64,000 bases of DNA from Eledone cirrhosa. Its lineage: Eukaryota. The translations under genes and the position numbers were made by a program. The stretch's first letter is position 1. Each line of letters starts with the position of its first letter. Under the pieces are notes generated by a model, which made no database searches, was not told where the DNA came from, and saw nothing but the letters and a program-made list of their open reading frames with translations. The stretch lies in the NCBI GenBank assembly GCA_964016885.1, contig OZ024753.1, positions 16,740,001-16,804,000 of the forward strand. Direction: 5' to 3'. Below, in pieces: positions 55,891 through 64,000 of the stretch.

Positions 55891-56336
55891 ATTCAGTTTA
55901 GCAAGTAAACAGCCTCATAAAATACCGCTTCGTAGAGGAACAACATCATCCTTTTGTTCCAGTAGTAGCTGAGAGAAAACAATCGACAATTGTTTCGGAG
56001 TTATTGCTCTCTATCGAGATTGTGTATTCTGTCATCTCTGCTACCTTCTAGAACAGCTGAGGATACATAATATTCTAAAAGATATACATCGGCTGACTAG
56101 CCTCATTTGCATACTCAGCGATTTTACGGCCAAATTGTTGAAAAATAATAAAATAAAAAATTAGTTTTCGCTCTTAACCTAAATACCTAAATTTATTTGT
56201 GTGTGAATATTATAATAATATCATCTCAATAAGGAGCAATAACTCCAAAACAATTGTCGATTGTTTTTTTCTCAGCTACTACTGGAACAATGGGTTGATG
56301 ATTAGTTGAAGCTGTTTACTTGTAAACAAACCGAAT
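55891..56336. mobile_element. MITE-like element with ~120-bp imperfect inverted arms
   Basis: ttgttccagtagtagctgaga..aacaatcgacaattgttt.ggagttattgctc pairs with its reverse complement at ~56232-56290. Confidence 0.72.
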
Positions 56337-56583
56337 ATTAATAATATGATATTATTGTAAAATATTAATAATATGATATTATTGTAATTTTATTATTATT
56401 AACTCACAAATACATCCTTACATACATATATACATACATGTATATATATATATATACTTCGTTTTTGTATTTCTTATGCAAGATTTCTTATCTGAAAATG
56501 TTTGTTGAAACAGATATTGTTATACCTTGGTAGAGTCATGCTGCCAATAAAAACACACACATACTTGATGGTTTTCATTTCAA

Positions 56584-57813
56584 TCTATATATATAAAACT
56601 GAGGTTGTCTGTCTGTCTATCGATTTTTGGCACACATCTCCTCTTAGAATCTCTCACGGAATTGCACCGAAATTGCTATACTTGTACATTGAGCCCTAGC
56701 GAAGACATCGGAAAAAAATATTTCAAATTGACCCGCCCTATCTGACGAAATCGAATATAATGTATCGATTTTTGAGCGTAAGTGATGAGTTATTTCCCTT
56801 TGTTCTGTTTACATTCAGCGTAGCGTCTTACGTTCTCTTTACATTTTCTGCGTGCAAAAATTAAAAAAATGATTTCCCTTTGTTCTGTTTACATTCAGCG
56901 TAGCGTCTTACGTTCTGTTTACATTTTCTGCGTGCAAAAATTAAAAAAATTACGCTGGCAAAAATTAAAAAAATTACGCTGGCTTTCTCAGCGTTTAAAA
57001 TGACATTAACACAATACACGAACAGTTGTCGAGCCAGCAAAATTTTGACCTGCAAAATTCATCAGTTCGAACACTAAGCTTCCGTTTTGCTTCATTTCCA
57101 TTTAAAAGCCTTTTAAAACAATATTTTTACTTGAAAACAAGTCTATTTAAAGACTACGTAAAACAAGCAAATATTTCGTAAAAAAAAGCAAAAATTATAT
57201 AAGTTTATTTAAAATATATGTATCTGTAAATTTTGTTAGGCGTGCAGACAGACAGTCGTGCAGACAGACAGTCGTGCAGAGAGGTGATTTAGGCGTGCAG
57301 ACAGACAGTCGTGCAGAGAGGTGATATAGGCGTGCAGACAGACAGTCGTGCAGACAGACAGTCGTGCAGAGAGGTGATATAGGCGTGCAGACAGACAGTC
57401 GTGCAGAGAGTTGATATAGGCGTGCAGACAGACAGTCGTGCAGAGAGGTGATATAGGCGTGCAGACAGACAGTCGTGAAGAGAGGTGATATAGGCGTGCA
57501 GACAGACATAACTGATAATTTGGTTACGCTAATGTTTTTCTCTGCGTTGCAGTGTTTACATTTTCGATCTTTGTTAATAAATAACCAGTGCAGTTTTTAT
57601 CCCCAGCATCCTCTTTTGTTATAACATTCGGGTTATCGTTATGTTTTCTTAACTTCATAAGGCATATTGTTGGTTGAGGGAATATTAATCAAAAACACCA
57701 CATGCAAGTCTGCACAGTAGACACTACAGTTTTTAAGCCAAAAAAGAAACTTAACATTGTAACTTTAACACAGCTACTGAGCGACCCCGAGCAACGCCGG
57801 GCTTTACTGCTAG
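56584..57813 (+). mobile_element. Non-autonomous Helitron
   Basis: Starts TCTATATATATAAAA and ends with hairpin CCCGAGCAACGCCGGG followed by CTAG. Inserted between A and T with no TSD; the rejoined flanks match the empty site of the same repeat at ~235-255. Confidence 0.85.
57238..57508. repeat. Minisatellite inside the Helitron (cgtgcagacagacagt / cgtgcagagaggtgatatagg units)
   Basis: Direct reading. Confidence 0.9.
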
Positions 57814-57975
57814 TTTATTATAAATTTCGGGTTGGTTGGTTTAATAACCAGATGGTTTTTATATTTATTGTCAAAACTCTTTCATCACACATTCTGTGAC
57901 CTCCTCACTGTCTAATTTATTTTGCATATCTCCTTTGTTCTGTCTTACATCATCTTGTTTTTGTGAGCTGTGTAT

Positions 57976-58056
<81 letters not shown>

Positions 58057-58094
58057 TGTACATATGTATATATATATATATCTTTTGTCACATC

Positions 58095-58186
58095 ACCAGT
58101 CTGAGGAGCAGATCGATACTGGAGTCGCGTCCATAACTCCTATGGGTCACCTTGAACCAATCCTCTGTGAAACACAGGTAACAGGT
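58095..58186 (+). ncRNA. Hammerhead with branched stem II
   Basis: ACCAGT-CTGAGGA-GCAGA..(GGAGT/ACTCC hairpin)..TCTGT-GAAAC.ACAG.GTA-ACAGGT, then AATAAA at 58195-58200. Confidence 0.55.
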
Positions 58187-59220
58187 CGATACGCAATAAA
58201 TACTTTTCAAATGTAAACAAAATTTCCTTGTTTTTTTCTATTATATACACTCTACCTGTGTATAGAGTGGTTGATTAGGTACCAACACCAGTATTTCACA
58301 GTATTACCTACACTATATATATATGTATATATATGATGGACATTCTCGGTCTATTTTTACTCATATGTTAATATTCGCAACTACGCAGCACGCCATTTTT
58401 TATTCACATGTATTTTTCCCCTTCGCTGTGGTTTGTATTTTTTCTGTCACCTTACTGCTATCCTCTTTCTCTCTCCCTCTTCTCTCTCCTTCACCTCTTG
58501 CTTTCCTCCACTCCCGCTGCTGGTCACACACTCTCGGCTGGCCCCTTCCTCACACTTTCACTCACTCACTCTCTGCTACTCCTCCTCTCTCACTTCCTCC
58601 CATCTGACATGCATGAATATTCTTTCCTCTCTCACTCTTCTCGTAGCTCGGACGTGTCTGTTTCTTCTCGTCATTTGATTTGTCGGACTTTAGCCCACAA
58701 GATTCATTGACTTGTCTCTCTTTTCCTCTCTTTACGTTGCATTACTACCATGTTGTTTGTTTCATTTCCTCTCTTTTCCTCTGTCCCGATAACTTAATTT
58801 GGTTATCGCTCGCACTGATTTTAGGTATCTAGTCTTTAATGCAAAAAATACCAATGAGAATCGGCAGGCTACTGATGATGGACATTCTCGGTCTAGTTTT
58901 ATTCATATATATATATATATACATATATATATCATCGTTCAGATATATAATATCAATAAATCTAAGCAATGAAATAAAATGGCAGGACACCAGTGGTAGT
59001 GGTGATAGTGAGGGAGGAGGGAGAGGTGTAAAGAAAGTAACAATGTGACCTTTCTGAGTTCTTGACAAACTTCAGCTCCACAACTACCACTGCTTAACTC
59101 TAATTATGTATGTATACATGTATGTATGATGTATGTATGTATGAATGTATGTATGTATGTATACATGTATGTATGTATGTATGTATGTATACATGTATGT
59201 ATGTATGTATGTATGTATGT

Positions 59221-62130
59221 TTTCTCTTTCTCTTAATTTCGAGTATATTTTTTTGACCGGCCACCTTCCTGGTGGCAAGGTTGTAAAAGAAAAGAAATTG
59301 TCATCCCTTGAATCGCAAGAATGTTTTGCAAATTTTGAAGGTGCCAGCTATCGCAGCCATTTGTAGACTATGAATTAGGGAGCTGCGCTTTTTGTCCGCA
59401 AATCCAAGTTCAGTCATACTTTGGTCCAAGCGGGTTGGTATATAACCCGTAGCACCAATAATGATGGGTATGAAGCTAAAGGTGTATCTTGGATATTGGA
59501 TTTGTAAACTCCTCATCAATGGTCCGTAGATGTCCTCCTTCTCCTGTATTTTTCTGACAACGTTTACATCAAGTGGGCAGCTGATCTCCACAACAGAACA
59601 CGTTTTGAATGTGTGGTCCCAAACTACAATATCAGGCCGGTTGTGCTTTAATTTGGTGGCAGTTTTTATTTTCAGGTTCCACCAGTATTCCTTAGTGCCA
59701 TCTGTCTCAATATATTCTTCCTCGTTTGTTGTTAATTTTGTTTTCCGAAGTGCGTTCCAAATGGTTCTAACTATCCCATCGTGTCTCATGGGGAGGTAGT
59801 AGCGAGATGACATTCTTTCGCAGCTGGCAACAATGTGGCTTACATCCTCGATCTTTGTTTTACATAGCCTACATTTATTGTCAGCTGCTGGCCCTCCTCT
59901 TTTGTGCAGCAGGAGTTCTTGTTCCTGTATTGCATAGAGATATCCCTCAAGGTGTGATGTCATAAACTTGTCGGAACTCCATGCCAGGCTTTTTGAGTGG
60001 TTTATCCCCTCTATGGTCTGTGTTTTACGCCTCAAGTATCCATGCACAACTTTTTCTGTAAATTGGTCAATTTTTTTATCTTGTTTGAACATTGAATAGG
60101 ATCTTCCGATTTCTCTGGGTGAGAGATTTATATCAGGCTTTATTCCATATCTCTCCTCCAGATCAGTCGCTATTCTAATGATATTTCTTTTTTCATGCTC
60201 ATAAACCTGGGCAAGATGGTTGCCAACCTTTTTCCTCTGTTGAAGGTGTTGCTTCAGTGTTACTATCCGGGTCTCATATGTTGTTAATATTGATTTTAGA
60301 CCCCGGCCACCTTCCTTGCGTGAGAAGTATAGCCTATCCACATCACCATTGATGTTAAAGTTCCCAGTAACACTGAGAAGTTTTCGAGTTCTAACATCCA
60401 TCTCACTTAGTTCTTGCAATGACCAGTTCAGTAGGCCAAATGTTGGCGTTAGAATTGGCACAGCATAAGTATTGTGGGCAATGTATTTGTTGTATGCTGA
60501 CAGTTCTGATGACCATATTTTCTTTACTCTTCTGAGGTATTCAGTTCTGGTTCTCTCCTTATTTATGGGTCCATCATATCTGACATTCTCATCCTGTCCA
60601 AGATATCTGTAGTTGTCACCTGACTGCAGAGGTTGTATTATCAGGTCGTTCATCTCTAGATTTCTAGAGGAGGGCACAGCTCTTCCATGTTTTACTGCCA
60701 AATATGTACACTTGGACTCACCAAATTTCATTTTGATGTCGGTTGAAAATTGTGTAATGAGGTCCAATTGTTTCTTGATGTCATTGATATTTGGCCCATA
60801 CAACTTCAGGTCATCAACAAAGAAAAGATGGGAGATACTTCTGGGCCCACTTCTTTGTCCACCTTGTTTCCTGAGTAGGTAAGATAGTGGATTCAGTGAG
60901 AGAACGAAGAGTAGCACTGACAAGCTATCACCCTGAAAGATGCCCTTCTGGTAATGTATCTTATCAGTCTTAACCTGCTCCTTCTCACCTCTAAGGATCA
61001 AATTGGTGTACCAGTTCTTGGTCAGGCGTTCAACAGCAGCTACCAATGGTTGTGGGACTTTAGGTAACTGTAAAGCCTTAATAATCCACCCATGAGGTAC
61101 ACTATCAAATGCTTTTTGATAGTCCAGCCACACGACAGTCATGTTTCTGCGATTCTTTGTTGTTTTTTCCTGAATCATTTTGTTAGTTAGTAGGTGATCT
61201 ATGCAACCCCACACCTCCCTCTTTCCACCAGCTTGCTCAGGTGTTATGATGTTGTTGGTAGCACAGTGATCCTGTAAGAACAGGTTAAGGCACCCAGTAT
61301 ATAATTTATACATGATGTTTTGGCAGGCAATTGGGCAGTAATTTTTAGCAAGGGTGGTTTGGCTATTTTTGGGAATGAGGAGAGTAGTGGCAGTTGATAA
61401 CCATCTGGGCAGTTCTTGTGTGCCCTTAATAGTTTCTGTAAACAGCCGTATGAGATCTTGCCGATAGAAAGTGAAATTCTTCAACCAGTATCCTGTAATG
61501 AGATCTGGGCCTGGCGATTTCCTATTCGACATTTTCTGTAGAGCTGTTTCCAGTATTGACCCATCTATGTCATATTGTTTTGTCTGGACATGTTGGCAGT
61601 AGTCCTGTTCCAGTTCTTTGAGCCAATTAGCTTGTCTGTTGAATCCGTCATCCGTTTCCCATACAGATCTCCAGTAGCTCTCAACCTGTTCTTTTGAAGG
61701 GGTGTCGTTTACAGGGATTGATCTTTTGCCACCTAAGCTGCGATAAACTGATTTAGGATCTCTGGCAAACAATCTATTTAGCATTTGTCGTTTATGGGCT
61801 GTTGACTTATATTTTAGTCTTTCTGTTGTAGCTGTGAGTTGTTGTTTCAACTGGTGTAATTTGGAGTTCAAAGTTTTAAATTTTGTATCTCCAAATCGTC
61901 TCTCTCTAACTTTTTCTTTAGGTCTTCCTGGTGTCGTGTGAAGTTGCTCTCTATGTTGCATTTCATAACGACTGCGATGTGTGAGATACTTCGTCTCAGG
62001 GACAAAATTTTGGTTTTTAAATTTCGCATCCACGCTGGTTCAGGCTTTCTGTTTGTATCTTGATTGCGTGGTTTTAGATGTGTGTTATATGATAGCAATG
62101 TGACAGCTGAAACATATAACAAAACATTGT
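59221..62130 (-). mobile_element. R4/Dong-like non-LTR retrotransposon (RT plus restriction-like endonuclease), 5'-truncated, one frameshift near the N-end
   Basis: The 910-aa ORF has KSPGPD, EQAG, WLDYQKAFDSVPH, GIFQGDSLS, SHLFFVDDLKLY, YRYLG, CRLC...HIVASC, RHD and NRPDIVV...EISCP. An upstream frame carries PAWMRNLKTKI. (TACA)n flanks both ends. Confidence 0.88.
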
Positions 62131-62529
62131 ATACATGTATGTATGTATGTATGTATGTATGTATACATGTATGTATGTATGTATACATGTATGTATGTAT
62201 ACAAGTATGTATGATGTATGTATGTATGTTCTTCTGGTTTTATAATTTCACAAAGTTTTACCAATAGGGAGAGAGTCGGTTTCTAACATAGACACAAGAC
62301 TCTCTCATTGGAATTTACACAACATCAACTAGGTAGATATGTATGTATGTCTGCATGCATGTGTAGATATGGATGTTATTGTATGTGTGGATGCGTATGT
62401 TTTGAGTTGTATGTGTGCATGTGTATATGCTTTGTATCTGAACATGTGTATATGCAGTTATTAGATGCAACATTTTTGGAATGTTTTACATATTTTTACT
62501 GTTCCATTAATGGATTGTACTTGTAATTT

Positions 62530-64000
62530 CCTAACTAGTGTGTTCTTTCTGTTCCTGTGAAGCCTAGCTTCTCAAGATTTGTATTGAGACAGTTACTAAC
62601 ATATGCCAGTGCCCCAATAATCACAGGCATAAATCTGAAGGTGTAATCAGGGTGGAGTATCTGCAGATTTCTCATCAGTTCTGCATAAATATTCTCCTTT
62701 TCACTAATCTTTGATATTATATTGGCATCTGCTGGGCAGCTAATTTCCACTACTGTGCATGTTTTCTTCTCCCTGTCCCATATCATAATATCTGGTCTGT
62801 TATGCCTGCATTTTATTGGGGTTTTTACTGGAACATTCCATCATTACTCTTTCATATTATGTACATGGATGTCTTCCACATTGTTGTAGCTTTTAATGTG
62901 TTTGTTATCGGGGCTATCTTTTTTACGAACTGCATTGTACAGTGTTTTGGCCACTACATCATGCCTCATAGGTAGATAGTACCGCGATGACATCTTTGGG
63001 CAGCTGCTGATAACATGGGTGATATCCTCAATGTTAGTTCTGCAGAGTCTGCACTTGTTATCACATCTAGGTGTTTTGCCTGCATCCCTATCTCTTTTGT
63101 GAATCAGGTATTTTGTGCTAATCTCCTTTTCTTGGATTGCAAAAGCGTATCCTTCAAAGTGGGAGCCAATATAGTGGTTGTTGGTCCAAGATAGACTACT
63201 TTCCTTATCTATATTACTCTCACTCTGGAGCTTCCTGGCAACATATCCATGCATGATTTTTTGCTGATAGGCATGCAGTTTTTCATCCATGGATGAAGCG
63301 ACATCCCTGGGTGAGAGTTTTTGATTATCACACAGGGAATATCTCTCGACGAGTTCCTTCCCAACTCTCATGATCTTATCTGTTTCATGCATATAGACTT
63401 GCTCGAGAAGCGGGCTGCTACGCTTCGAGTTTCCTAGATGTTGTCGGAGAGATATGATGCGACATTCAAATGTTGTCTGGACTGATGTTACGCCTCTGCC
63501 TCCCTGCTTACGTTTCAAGTAAAGGCGGTCTATGTCACTGTTGATGTGGAAGTTTCCAGTGTTGTTCAGTATTTTTCGAGTTCCAACATCAACTGCTCGG
63601 ATTTCGTCTATTGTCCAATTGAGTATTCCAAACGTTGGTGTTAGGACAGGCACAGCAAACACATTGTGAGCCACTGTTTTGTTTTGCGCAGAGAGTTCCG
63701 ATGACCAGATCTTTCTTAATCGGGTGTAGTATTCCCTGGTTACGCGTTCTTTATTACAGATACCATTATAGGATATGTTCTCATCTATCCCCAGGTATCT
63801 GTAGCAGTCCTCATCAGATATCGGTGAAACAGTTAGACCATTGATGACAATGTTGCTAGATTGGGTTGTTGTTTTTCTCCGCTTTACAGTCATGTATGAG
63901 CATTTATTTTGGCCAAACTCCATTCCTATATCCTTTGAGAACGTTGTAACCAGGTCAAGATTTTTCTTCATCCCATCCATGTTCTTGGCATAGAGTTTCA
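62530..64000 (-). mobile_element. Second, diverged R4/Dong-like RT-RLE element (disrupted; continues beyond the window)
   Basis: FSKDIGMEFG, YRYLG, RLYLKRKQGGRG, CRLC..HVISSC, RHD, then WDREKKTCTVVEISCP after a stop/frameshift. Confidence 0.85.

Overview
AT-rich, repeat-saturated animal genomic DNA. The SINE families, RTE tails and extreme (AT)n density point to a coleoid cephalopod, probably an octopod (inference, not proven). Only one host coding exon is supported: 33634-35198 (+), apparently the first coding exon of a castor/CASZ1 zinc-finger transcription factor, so the rest of the window is probably its introns and upstream region. The remainder comprises two tRNA-type SINE families, RTE, CR1 and R4/Dong-like LINE remnants, a Penelope-like element (PLE) with an inverted terminal repeat, Helitrons, MITE-like foldbacks, microsatellites and three large minisatellites, two of them visibly born from LINE segments. 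The most striking signal, read by eye, is a dense set of hammerhead-ribozyme (HHR) motifs: about 14 copies in about 8 sequence families. They include a PLE-linked hammerhead with a U3-A8 core variant (UUGAGAA) and a family whose stem II changes sequence but keeps its pairing. Several short palindromes inserted in (AT)n fold back inside these ribozyme-bearing PLE ends. Most ORFs in the supplied track are microsatellite artefacts. All structures were assigned manually; no folding or database search was run.
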